Origin: a bacterium
Lineage (GTDB): Bacteria > DUMJ01
Reading direction: 5' to 3'
DNA: 20,687 nucleotides
Assembly (NCBI GenBank): GCA_049970495.1
Contig: JBMFMV010000031.1
Location: 1-20,687 of the forward strand
Shown here: piece after piece, positions 7,666-16,391 of the stretch
Numbering within the stretch: the first letter of the stretch is position 1
Layout: each line of letters opens with the position of its first letter
The notes under the pieces: generated by a model
What the model was told of the DNA's origin: nothing
Databases searched by the model: none
Seen by the model: the letters and a program-made list of their open reading frames with translations, nothing else
Translations under genes and position numbers: made by a program

Positions 7666-8727
7666 CTACATCGACGGGCCTCCTATCTCTTCTAGAGTCT
7701 TACATATAGCCTCTATATTCTCTAGAGGGACATCAGGTTCACATTCTGCTACAAGCATTAAGCCTCCTCTAGGGTCATTCAGTTTTACTACTGCCTCTTC
7801 TATATGTTCTCTTATCTCTTTTGGGGTAGCGAAGGGGAATAACTGTCTATCCAGATCCAGGTCTATGCACACCTTACCTTTTGCCATTTTTACTAATCCA
7901 TCTATAGTATTTGCCCTTATCTGTGGGTTCAATACATTTATACCACACTCTATTAGGTCATCTATTATCTCTAGAATATGTCCATCTGAGTGAAAGTAAA
8001 CATAGACATTGTTCTCTCTGCATAAGCTAAACATCTTTTTATAGCATGGTTTTAGATATCTTCGCCACTTCTCAGGACTTATCGGAAGTCTGTCTTGATT
8101 CCCTAAATCATCTCCAAAGTATAGAAATTCAGCCCCTACTTCAATCCATTTCTTTATAAGCTTTATATTATACTCAAGGACCATATCTATCAATTTCCAC
8201 AGCCTTTGATCTTCTGTAGCTATATCTATCATAAGATTCTCAAAACCTCTAAGATAGTAGAGCCTCATATACATAAATCCATGACGCAATCCACCGGTAG
8301 CCAGTTCTCCCTTAAGTTTTCTCTCCTTTAATATCTCTTTTATCCTCTCCCAATCTAATTTCTCTCCCCTTTCACCCTGTGTTAATGGGTCTGGCGGGAC
8401 ATAGTTATCAAACTTTTCCCAATCATCTATTGGTGATTCAACAACTATACCTTCTAAGCCTTCTTCTATGTTCTCCCAAACACATCCCCAGCTATCTTTA
8501 AATCTCCCCTTACGATATCCTGGGTCGTTTATTGAATCAAAGTCTATACTCCCTTTCCTGTAATCTGGAAATATTTTTGGGTGCCTCAAGATAATATCTT
8601 CTAGGGCCTCCCGATATTTCCTCCAGGTAGCAGGCATAATACTAACCCTACAGGGTATCCACTTTGGGCTCTGAAAATTTATTGCCCTTAAATAATTTTC
8701 TACTCGTTCTTTTTTAGAGTAATTCAT
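7666..8727 (-). CDS. Uroporphyrinogen decarboxylase (URO-D)/MtaA-like family protein
   Basis: DSWGCVW, LRGFENLMID, FGDDLGNQ, ISPEKWR, YFHSDG, LNPQ and DVPLENI. Probably not a true HemE. Confidence 0.82.
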   Translation of the reverse strand: MNYSKKERVENYLRAINFQSPKWIPCRVSIMPATWRKYREALEDIILRHPKIFPDYRKGSIDFDSINDPGYRKGRFKDSWGCVWENIEEGLEGIVVESPIDDWEKFDNYVPPDPLTQGERGEKLDWERIKEILKERKLKGELATGGLRHGFMYMRLYYLRGFENLMIDIATEDQRLWKLIDMVLEYNIKLIKKWIEVGAEFLYFGDDLGNQDRLPISPEKWRRYLKPCYKKMFSLCRENNVYVYFHSDGHILEIIDDLIECGINVLNPQIRANTIDGLVKMAKGKVCIDLDLDRQLFPFATPKEIREHIEEAVVKLNDPRGGLMLVAECEPDVPLENIEAICKTLEEIGGPSM

Positions 8728-8760
8728 AAATAAACCCTCCTGAACTTCACAGTAGTATTC

Positions 8761-10281
8761 TTACATCCTCCTTTTGAAATCAAACACTCTTTGAAAGATA
8801 CTATTTAATGTCCAGTATGCCTCCATGTATATATCGTACAGTTCTTTATACAGGTAATGTCTTTTTTCATCTGGTTCAGCCATCTCTTGAATCTTAACTA
8901 TCTCCTTTGTCTTTTTAAGAGAGTCAAATATCTTTAGGGCGAATGCAGCAAGGACCATAGCCCCAAGAGATGTATTCTCCTCTATAGCAGGGATAATTAA
9001 ACCTTCACCAAACACATCTGACAGAACCTGGATCCAAAGCCTCGATCTTGAGAAGCCTCCGCCTGCTCTAATCTCTCTAAAACTCTCTACACTAAATAGG
9101 TCTTTTAATGCAGAGTATACACTGTATAACCTATAGCATACGCCTTCCATAAACGCTCTAGCTATATCTTCTCTTTTATGGCCCAATCCAAGCCCAATGA
9201 TTGTTCCTTGCGCCTTATCATTCCAGTAGGGGTTTCTCTCTCCTGTCAGAAATGGAAGAACGATCAAACCCTTTGCCCCAACGGAAGACTTCTCTGCTAG
9301 TTTAGTAATTAAATCGTATGGGTCTATCCCCAATGCTTCTGCTTCTTTAATTAAATCTTGAAAAAGTGTATCCCTAACCCATCTTAGTGTTATCCCACCA
9401 TTATTTATTGCCCCACCTACAAGCCATAATCCGTCAGCAAAGTAATAGCTCCATATCCTCTGCTTTTCATCTAATATAGGCTTTGTTGAAAATGTCCTAA
9501 CAGCTCCACTTGTCCCAACCATAACACCGACTTCATTCTCTTCTATAACACCCATACCTAGGTTTGAGAGAGCCCCATCCCCTGAACCCAAAACAAAAGG
9601 GATACCTCTTAGTTCTGGTATATCTACTTTTAACCTCTTGCCATCAATAATGGTGGTTGGGGAAAAGACCTCGGGTAGCTGGTCAGTTTTTAGTCCAATA
9701 AAAGCAAGTATTTCCTCGTCCCACTTTAGAGAGTGTATATTTAAAAGTCCTAGAGTAGAGGCTGTTGTTTCATCTACAATTCTTTCTCCAAAGAGGTTAT
9801 ACACTAAATAATCTTTTGCACTTGCAACCTTAAAACTTTTTAACTCAGGGTCATCCTCTAAAAACCATAAGATCTTTGATAATGGATACATTGGATGAAC
9901 AGGGCAACCAGTCCTGTTGTATATATCAAAGCTATTATACCTCTTTCTTATAGTTTCAGATTGTTTACTAGCCCTAAGATCCGCCCAAGTAAGGATGTCT
10001 GTAATAGGTCTATTTTCTTTATCTAAGAGAAGTAGCGAATGATAATAAGTAGAGATTGTCCAACCAATGAGTCTCTCACTTTTTATATCTTTTAAAACGG
10101 AACGACATACCTCTATAACATTACCAAGTATCTCTTCAGGTTTCTGGACTGCCCAGTTAAAATATTCTTGATACAGATTATTTTTCCTATAACTTTTAGC
10201 TATTACATCTCCGTTTAGATTAAATACTATAGCCCTTACACTTCCAGTCCCCGCATCAATAGTAAGAATAAGGTCCTTCAT
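8761..10281 (-). CDS. gntK: FGGY-family gluconokinase
   Basis: IDAGTGSVRA, TWADLRA, RTGCPVHPMYPLSK, SGDGALSNLG, GTSGAVR, GGAINNGG and PFLTGER, as in Bacillus/Thermotoga GntK. Confidence 0.82.
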   Translation of the reverse strand: MKDLILTIDAGTGSVRAIVFNLNGDVIAKSYRKNNLYQEYFNWAVQKPEEILGNVIEVCRSVLKDIKSERLIGWTISTYYHSLLLLDKENRPITDILTWADLRASKQSETIRKRYNSFDIYNRTGCPVHPMYPLSKILWFLEDDPELKSFKVASAKDYLVYNLFGERIVDETTASTLGLLNIHSLKWDEEILAFIGLKTDQLPEVFSPTTIIDGKRLKVDIPELRGIPFVLGSGDGALSNLGMGVIEENEVGVMVGTSGAVRTFSTKPILDEKQRIWSYYFADGLWLVGGAINNGGITLRWVRDTLFQDLIKEAEALGIDPYDLITKLAEKSSVGAKGLIVLPFLTGERNPYWNDKAQGTIIGLGLGHKREDIARAFMEGVCYRLYSVYSALKDLFSVESFREIRAGGGFSRSRLWIQVLSDVFGEGLIIPAIEENTSLGAMVLAAFALKIFDSLKKTKEIVKIQEMAEPDEKRHYLYKELYDIYMEAYWTLNSIFQRVFDFKRRM

Positions 10282-10284
10282 AAA

Positions 10285-10686
10285 TTACACCTCTTTTATG
10301 ATTTTTACTATTACTTGTCTAGACCTTGGACCATCAAACTCACAGAAAAATATTCCCTGCCATCTACCAAGCAGAAGCTTTCCATTCTCTACAGGGATAG
10401 TAACAGAGTGCCCTACTATCGAACTCTTTATATGGGCAGGAGAGTTTCCCTCTATGTGTCTAAATTCTTCACTCTCTGGAACTAGTCTATCTAGATATCT
10501 TCCAATATCCCCTATTACATCAGGGTCTGCATCCTCGTTTATTGTTATACCAGCGGTAGTATGAGGAACATAGAGTACACATATCCCTTCCTTTATGCCT
10601 AGCCTGTCTATAATATTTTGAACCGAGCTAGTAATATCTATAAACTGCTGTTTAGATAAACTTTTAATACTAACATATTCAACCAT
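10285..10686 (-). CDS. yjbQ: YjbQ/UPF0047 family protein
   Basis: PHTTAGITINE.ADP, H.EGNSPAHIK and LGRWQGIFFCEFDGPR. The start could also be at 10692. Confidence 0.92.
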   Translation of the reverse strand: MVEYVSIKSLSKQQFIDITSSVQNIIDRLGIKEGICVLYVPHTTAGITINEDADPDVIGDIGRYLDRLVPESEEFRHIEGNSPAHIKSSIVGHSVTIPVENGKLLLGRWQGIFFCEFDGPRSRQVIVKIIKEV

Positions 10687-10726
10687 TGTCATCAGCTCCC
10701 CTAAAGATCATTTGGATTTAAGTTTT

Positions 10727-10751
10727 ATTATAGCAGGTTCCAAGTTATAAT
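10727..10751. promoter_or_regulatory. Overlapping divergent promoters between yjbQ-gntK and the dehydrogenase-epimerase operon
   Basis: Minus strand TGCTATAAT (10735-10727); plus strand TATAAT (10746-10751). Both -35 boxes are weak. Confidence 0.5.
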
Positions 10752-10788
10752 TAATCTAAATTTTGTATCTTTGTGGAGGTACTATGAT

Positions 10789-11733
10789 ATGCCCTGGAAA
10801 GTCCTTGTGACCTCGAGGTCTTTTGGAAAGGTAAGTGAAGAACCAGTTAATATACTTAGAGAGAATGGCTTCCAGATAGATTTCCTTACCGAGCCGAAAG
10901 AGGAAGAGGTATTAAATATAGTTGAAGAGTATGATGCAATTATAGTGGGGAACGATAAAATCACTCGAAAGATACTAGAGAAAGGGAAGAATTTGAAAAT
11001 AGTATGTAAACATGGGGTAGGCGTAGATAATATCGATTTAGAAAGTGCCAAAGAGCTTAGGATAAGAGTAACAAATGTTCCTTCTGCGAATTCCGATGCC
11101 GTTGCCGACTTAGCCTTTGGTTTAATATTAGATCTTGCTAGAAGGATATCTACTACATCACAAAGAGTTAAGAGCGGTATCTGGGAACCACTTATAGGAG
11201 TGGATGTTCACCATAAGACTTTGGGGATAATAGGCTTTGGTGCTATAGGTAAAAGAGTTGCTAAAAGAGCTAGGGGTTTTGATATGAATATACTAGCCTA
11301 CGATCCCTATGTAAATAAGCTTACAGATGAATTTTTATTTGTAAAATTAGTCTCTTTAGAGGATGTCTTAAAGAATGCAGATTTTTTGACTATTCACACA
11401 CCTCTTACTAGCCAGACTAAAGGACTAGTAGGCGATAAGGAGATCGCAATGATGAAAAAGGGGAGTTTTATCATAAATACTGCTAGAGAAGGGATAGTAG
11501 ATGAGTCTGCTTTATATAAGTACTTGAAAGAAGGGCATCTTGGTGGTGCAGGGCTAGATGTTATAGATAAGAATTCTCCCGTAAAGGACCTTCTGATCTC
11601 CTTAGATAATGTTATAGTACTTCCCCATGTAGGGATGTATTCAAAAGAAGCCATAAATTCAGTAAGTATGGTATGTGCTAAGAATATTGTAAAGATGTAT
11701 AGGGGAGAAATGCCTGATAACATTGTAGTTTAG
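10789..11733 (+). CDS. D-isomer-specific 2-hydroxyacid dehydrogenase (phosphoglycerate dehydrogenase-like)
   Basis: HGVGVDNID, NSDAVA, GIIGFGAIG, AYDPY, HTPLT, INTAR and PHVG. ATG at 10789 follows GGAGG. Confidence 0.9.
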   Translation: MPWKVLVTSRSFGKVSEEPVNILRENGFQIDFLTEPKEEEVLNIVEEYDAIIVGNDKITRKILEKGKNLKIVCKHGVGVDNIDLESAKELRIRVTNVPSANSDAVADLAFGLILDLARRISTTSQRVKSGIWEPLIGVDVHHKTLGIIGFGAIGKRVAKRARGFDMNILAYDPYVNKLTDEFLFVKLVSLEDVLKNADFLTIHTPLTSQTKGLVGDKEIAMMKKGSFIINTAREGIVDESALYKYLKEGHLGGAGLDVIDKNSPVKDLLISLDNVIVLPHVGMYSKEAINSVSMVCAKNIVKMYRGEMPDNIVV

Positions 11734-11743
11734 GTGATTAAAG

Positions 11744-13018
11744 ATGGTAGAGATATGCTGGAGTAATAGAGAGAAAGGAATGGATGAAAAGGAATTAAGG
11801 GAGATAGTAGAAGCCATTATTGAAGAATTCAGACCACTAAAAAAGATCCTTATACTCCCTCCAGACATAACTAGAAAGTATTCAATGGCAGGAAATATAA
11901 CATTAATATTCTATGAGTTACTCAAAAATAGTTGTAAGATAGATATAATGCCTGCCCTTGGGTCACATATGCCAATGACAAAGGATGAGAGGCTATCAAT
12001 CTTCGGCAGTCTTATACCCGAGGAAAATTTTATAGTTCATAACTGGAGAGAAGATGTAGTAAATATAGGGGAAATTCCAGAAGACTTTGTTAGAAGCGTT
12101 TCAGAAGGGATATTTGATGAGGCTATAGAAGTAGATATAAACAAGAGACTCTTAGATAAGAGTTATGATCTTATCATCTCTATAGGACAGGTTGTTCCCC
12201 ATGAAGTAAGTGGCATGGCTAATTACACAAAGAATATTCTTGTCGGATGCGGAGGAAAGAGAACAATAGATAAGACACACCTCTTAGGTGCCTTCTATGG
12301 GATGGAGAGAATACTTGGTAGAATAGACAACCCCGTAAGGAAGGTCTTTGACTACGCAGAGGAGAATCTTTTAGGTGAGATTCCACTTTTGTATGTTCTT
12401 ACCGTCACAACCCAAATGGAAAATTCTACCAATCTGTGGGGAGTCTTCGTAGGGAGAGAGAGAAAGATCTTTGAAGAGGCGGCAGGGCTCAGTCTAGAAA
12501 AGAATGTGACGTTTATAGAAAAGCCTATAGAAAAAATTGTTGTCTTTTTGGAGGAAGAAGAGTTCAAAAGCACTTGGCTAGGGAACAAGGCGATATATAG
12601 GACAAAACTTGCCATAAAAGACGACGGAGAACTTATTATAATTGCTCCCGGAGTAAGACGGTTTGGAGAAGATAAGGGGAATGATTCTATTATAAGAAAA
12701 TATGGCTATGTAGGAAGAGAGAGAATCATAGAGTTATTCAGAGAAAACAGAGAACTACAAGAGAATCAAGCGGTAACTGCACACCTTATACATGGCTCTT
12801 CAGATGGAAGATTTACGATTACTTATGCAGTTAGTAAACTTAGTAGAGAAGAAATAGAAAGTGTGAATTATAAGTATATGACCTTAGAGGAGGCTTATAG
12901 AAGATATAATCCTGAAAAGAGCAAAGAAGGGTTTAATATAACAGAAGATGGAGAAAAATTCTATTTTATAAAGAATCCTGCTTTAGGATTATGGATGTGT
13001 AAAGAAAACTTTAGATAA
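11744..13018 (+). CDS. LarA-family nickel-pincer (NPN) racemase/epimerase, likely D-gluconate/D-mannonate 2-epimerase (GntE-like)
   Basis: PPDITR, PALGSHMPM, VHNW, GQVVPHEVSGMANYTKN and THLLG are consistent with LarA catalytic and cofactor residues. The substrate is inferred from the neighbouring gntK. Confidence 0.8.
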   Translation: MVEICWSNREKGMDEKELREIVEAIIEEFRPLKKILILPPDITRKYSMAGNITLIFYELLKNSCKIDIMPALGSHMPMTKDERLSIFGSLIPEENFIVHNWREDVVNIGEIPEDFVRSVSEGIFDEAIEVDINKRLLDKSYDLIISIGQVVPHEVSGMANYTKNILVGCGGKRTIDKTHLLGAFYGMERILGRIDNPVRKVFDYAEENLLGEIPLLYVLTVTTQMENSTNLWGVFVGRERKIFEEAAGLSLEKNVTFIEKPIEKIVVFLEEEEFKSTWLGNKAIYRTKLAIKDDGELIIIAPGVRRFGEDKGNDSIIRKYGYVGRERIIELFRENRELQENQAVTAHLIHGSSDGRFTITYAVSKLSREEIESVNYKYMTLEEAYRRYNPEKSKEGFNITEDGEKFYFIKNPALGLWMCKENFR

Positions 13019-13031
13019 GGAGGTGTCAACT

Positions 13032-13643
13032 GTGAGAATTGAGGGAAAGCGGATAGTTATACTTACTGCACATGAGTTTGAAGACATAGAGGTACTTTAT
13101 CCTATTTTAAGATTGAGCGAGGAAGGAGCAAAAATAACTGTTGCTACACTGCCTCCAGAATCTCCAGGACACTTCAGCACTAGACCATACTGGAGAGAAA
13201 AACCCATCACAGGAAGATTTGGAAGTACGGTTCCTCTAGTTGTTCTAGGTGAAGGGAGAAGATGGATAAGATGTTCTACCGATGACCTTAAGGCTGATGA
13301 CTTTGATGCAGTCTTAATCCCTGGAGGTTTTGCTCCAGATTATCTTAGATGTAACAGAAAGGTCCTTTCATTTGTTGCAGAGATGTATAAAAGGGGTAAA
13401 GTGGTAGCCGCTATATGTCACGGACCTCAAGTCTTTATTTCTACCGATGCAGTTGAAGGAACAGACATAGTGAAGGGTAAAAAGGTATGTAGTTGGATCG
13501 CTGTTAGAGATGACCTTAGGAATGCAGGGGCAGAGTGGGTAGACGAGCCAGTAGTAAGAGTTGGAAATGTTATAACAGGAAGAGTTCCAGATGACCTGCC
13601 AGAGTTCTGTAGTGAGATAGTAAAGGCTCTTAGTGGCGATTAA
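13032..13643 (+). CDS. DJ-1/PfpI family protein (class I glutamine amidotransferase-like)
   Basis: FEDIE, IPGGFAPDYLR, AAICHGP, LRNAGAEWVD and ITGRVPDDLP. GTG at 13032 is better spaced from AGGAGG than GTG at 13023. Confidence 0.92.
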   Translation: MRIEGKRIVILTAHEFEDIEVLYPILRLSEEGAKITVATLPPESPGHFSTRPYWREKPITGRFGSTVPLVVLGEGRRWIRCSTDDLKADDFDAVLIPGGFAPDYLRCNRKVLSFVAEMYKRGKVVAAICHGPQVFISTDAVEGTDIVKGKKVCSWIAVRDDLRNAGAEWVDEPVVRVGNVITGRVPDDLPEFCSEIVKALSGD

Positions 13644-13645
13644 TC

Positions 13646-14161
13646 ATGAACATATATTTGAAGGCGATAATCTATCTACTCATATTTGGGCTACTCCATT
13701 TTGGATATGAATCTACTGGGCTACAATTTCTAAAGCCAATATGTGGAACAGACGAATCCGTCTTTCAACATCTAAAGATGGGATTCTTTGCCTATCTCTT
13801 TGCCTCTTTGATAGAGTATGGAATCATTAGAAGGAGACTTAGAGGTAACAACTTTTGGTATTCTAGAGCTTTAGCTACTGTTTTTATACCTTGGGCGATC
13901 TTTTTAATCTGGTATCTCGCTCCTGCTATTTGGGGTAAATTCTCTACAATAACAGCAGAACTTTCTTGGGCTCTAATAGTAAGCTATATATCCGGAGTAG
14001 TCGGAGGAATAATAGAGAAAAATACAGAGAAGACCAGACCTTCCTTGGGATTCAAGTTAACTATATCCATGCTATTTGTTGTATCTATACTCCTATTTGT
14101 CTGGTTTACATACAAGTTACCATGGATTGACCTCTTTGTAGACCCACTTAAGTTAGAATAA
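13646..14161 (+). CDS. Uncharacterised multi-pass membrane protein (DUF6512-like)
   Basis: About 5 hydrophobic helices; LLHFGYE...ESVFQHLK motif. Confidence 0.6.
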   Translation: MNIYLKAIIYLLIFGLLHFGYESTGLQFLKPICGTDESVFQHLKMGFFAYLFASLIEYGIIRRRLRGNNFWYSRALATVFIPWAIFLIWYLAPAIWGKFSTITAELSWALIVSYISGVVGGIIEKNTEKTRPSLGFKLTISMLFVVSILLFVWFTYKLPWIDLFVDPLKLE

Positions 14162-14167
14162 AAGAAT

Positions 14168-14893
14168 CTAGATAATACCTCGCCTCCGTAAAGCTTCTAT
14201 CAGTTTATCCGGGAAGTTGACTGTCATAGTATATATCTCTAAATCGATCATCTTCTCCATAATATCCTCTGTATCTACCCCCCACACCCTTATATCTAAC
14301 TTGTAGCTTCTTATCATCTCTACAGTAGATCTTGTTAGAGAGGGGGCATAAGGACATATTTGTCCTATGTCTATATCTTTTATCATCTTAATAACTTCCT
14401 CGTCTACATAGTTGGTCAAAAATCCAACATTTGCGTTTGGCTCAAGATTTATTATCTCTTTTAGGACTTCGATATTGAAAGATATAAATGTAGAATCATC
14501 TAAAAGCCCTAGGTTTCTTACTAGCTCAAAGGTCTTTCTAGTAGCCTTTTTATCTTTTATCTCCAAAACAAGATAGACTTTCTTACCAAATACCTTAAGA
14601 AATTCCTCTAATGTCGGTATCTGAGTTCCGGCAAATTCTGAAGAAAACCAGCTACCTGCATCTAGCCTTTTTATCTCCTCTAGTGTAAAGTCATTAACCT
14701 TTCCACTTCCGTTTGTAGTACGGTCTACTGTAGCATCATGTATAAGGACAGGGACATTGTCTTTTGTACAATGTATATCAGTCTCTATTCCGCAAGAATC
14801 CATCTTTAGTGCCAACTCAAACGCGGGAAATGTATTCTCTGGTGCATAGGCTGACGCACCTCTATGTGCAATCACATATATCTTCTTATTCAT
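14168..14893 (-). CDS. Cytoplasmic glycerophosphodiester phosphodiesterase (UgpQ/GlpQ family)
   Basis: IAHRGAS..APENT, ETDIH.TKD, IHDATVDRTT, LDAGSWF and LEIK. Confidence 0.93.
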   Translation of the reverse strand: MNKKIYVIAHRGASAYAPENTFPAFELALKMDSCGIETDIHCTKDNVPVLIHDATVDRTTNGSGKVNDFTLEEIKRLDAGSWFSSEFAGTQIPTLEEFLKVFGKKVYLVLEIKDKKATRKTFELVRNLGLLDDSTFISFNIEVLKEIINLEPNANVGFLTNYVDEEVIKMIKDIDIGQICPYAPSLTRSTVEMIRSYKLDIRVWGVDTEDIMEKMIDLEIYTMTVNFPDKLIEALRRRGII

Positions 14894-14894
14894 G

Positions 14895-15188
14895 CTAGAA
14901 ACCCTCCCTCTTTTCTACAAATCTTCTCAATGCTTCCGGATCCTTAGTTATTACAAAAACTTCTTGCACCACCGAAGGAGCATAAGCTAGAAGCTTTACC
15001 CCTGTCTTTGTAGTATACTTAAAACGGACTTTAAATCCTGAGCTTGTTCCCTTAGTCCTCCTAATTTCCCCTGGGAAAATAGCCTCAACATAATCTAGGG
15101 GCTCTAATTCCTTCTCTAAAAAGTCTCTTAAGCCATGAATCATAGCATGCTCATATTTAATCTTAGAAGATCCAGCCCTATGCTTCAA
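14895..15188 (-). CDS. DUF2103 family small protein
   Basis: EH.MI.GL...L, IFPGEI and G.KLLA....VQEVFVIT pattern. TTG start. Confidence 0.7.
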   Translation of the reverse strand: MKHRAGSSKIKYEHAMIHGLRDFLEKELEPLDYVEAIFPGEIRRTKGTSSGFKVRFKYTTKTGVKLLAYAPSVVQEVFVITKDPEALRRFVEKREGF

Positions 15189-15334
15189 AAATCTCTACCC
15201 CTTTAATCCGGTTTTGTACTCTTAATACTAATATTATCACATCTTAAAAGAAATAAGTTGTATAATCTATGATGAAATATCGAAGAACAATTATTAACTG
15301 GGAATAGATAGAATTTAAAAGGAGGCGATAGAAA

Positions 15335-16369
15335 ATGGAGGAGCCAATCCGTGTAGGTATCATTGGACTTGGTCGTAGTGGTTGGAATATCCATACCAGA
15401 ACACTTAAAGAGATGAAGGATATGTATAAGATCGTTGCAGTAAGTGACCTTATAGAAGATAGGCTTAAAGAAGCTAAAGAAACATTAGGGTGTAAAATTT
15501 ACTCTGATTATAAGGAGCTCTTAAAGGACCCTGAAGTAGAGCTAGTTGTAGTAGCTACACCTACATATCTTCACCCCATCTGCACAATCGATAGTCTTAA
15601 GGCTGGCAAGATGGCAGTATGTGAAAAACCTATGGCTACTAACCTTAAGGATGCTGATGAGATGATTAAAACCTCTAAAGAAACAGGCTCTCTTCTTACA
15701 ATATTTCAGAATCGCCGTTATTCTAAAGACTTCCTAAAGGTAAAAGAGGTAATGGCCTCTGGGAAATTAGGTAAGATTGTTCAAATTCGCATAACTCTAA
15801 ACAGCTTTGGAAGAAGATGGGACTGGCAAACCGTAAGGGAGTTTGGAGGAGGAAGCCTCAACAATAATGGGATCCACCTTATTGATATGGCTATTGCGCT
15901 TCTAAATGAAAAAGAACCTGAAGTATTCTGCCATTTAGATAGGGCATTAACTCTTGGAGATGCTGATGACCACGTAAAACTTCTATTAAGAGCTCCTGGA
16001 GAACCACTTATAGACATCGAACATACTAGTACCTGTGCCTATCCTGTAGAACGATGGCTCGTTATGGGAACTCAGGGGACTCTTATAGGTTCAACAGATG
16101 AGCTGAAATGGAAATATATAAAACCAGAGGAATTACCGCATAGAAAATTAGATACTAATCCTACTCCTGATCGAAGTTACAATAGAGAAGAACTACATTG
16201 GTATGAAGAATCTTGGAAGGCTGAAGATGACCCAATTACGCCAGAAACTAAATATTATATAGACCTGTTTAACACTATTAGAAGAGGCGCGCCTCTAGCT
16301 GTAACACCTGAGAGTGTAAGAAAGCGTATAGCGGTATTAGATAAATGCCATAAGGTATGTGGACTCTAA
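15335..16369 (+). CDS. Gfo/Idh/MocA family NAD(P)-dependent oxidoreductase
   Basis: GIIGLGRSG, VVATPTYLH, CEKP, FQNRR and GGSLNNNGIHLID. AGGAGG RBS. Confidence 0.93.
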   Translation: MEEPIRVGIIGLGRSGWNIHTRTLKEMKDMYKIVAVSDLIEDRLKEAKETLGCKIYSDYKELLKDPEVELVVVATPTYLHPICTIDSLKAGKMAVCEKPMATNLKDADEMIKTSKETGSLLTIFQNRRYSKDFLKVKEVMASGKLGKIVQIRITLNSFGRRWDWQTVREFGGGSLNNNGIHLIDMAIALLNEKEPEVFCHLDRALTLGDADDHVKLLLRAPGEPLIDIEHTSTCAYPVERWLVMGTQGTLIGSTDELKWKYIKPEELPHRKLDTNPTPDRSYNREELHWYEESWKAEDDPITPETKYYIDLFNTIRRGAPLAVTPESVRKRIAVLDKCHKVCGL

Positions 16370-16391
16370 TTAATTTGGGAGGTAATAAATT

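Noticed and set aside
7666..8727. Annotation as hemE
   Set aside because: It lacks the HemE W-x-M-R-Q-A-G-R signature and has no tetrapyrrole gene context.
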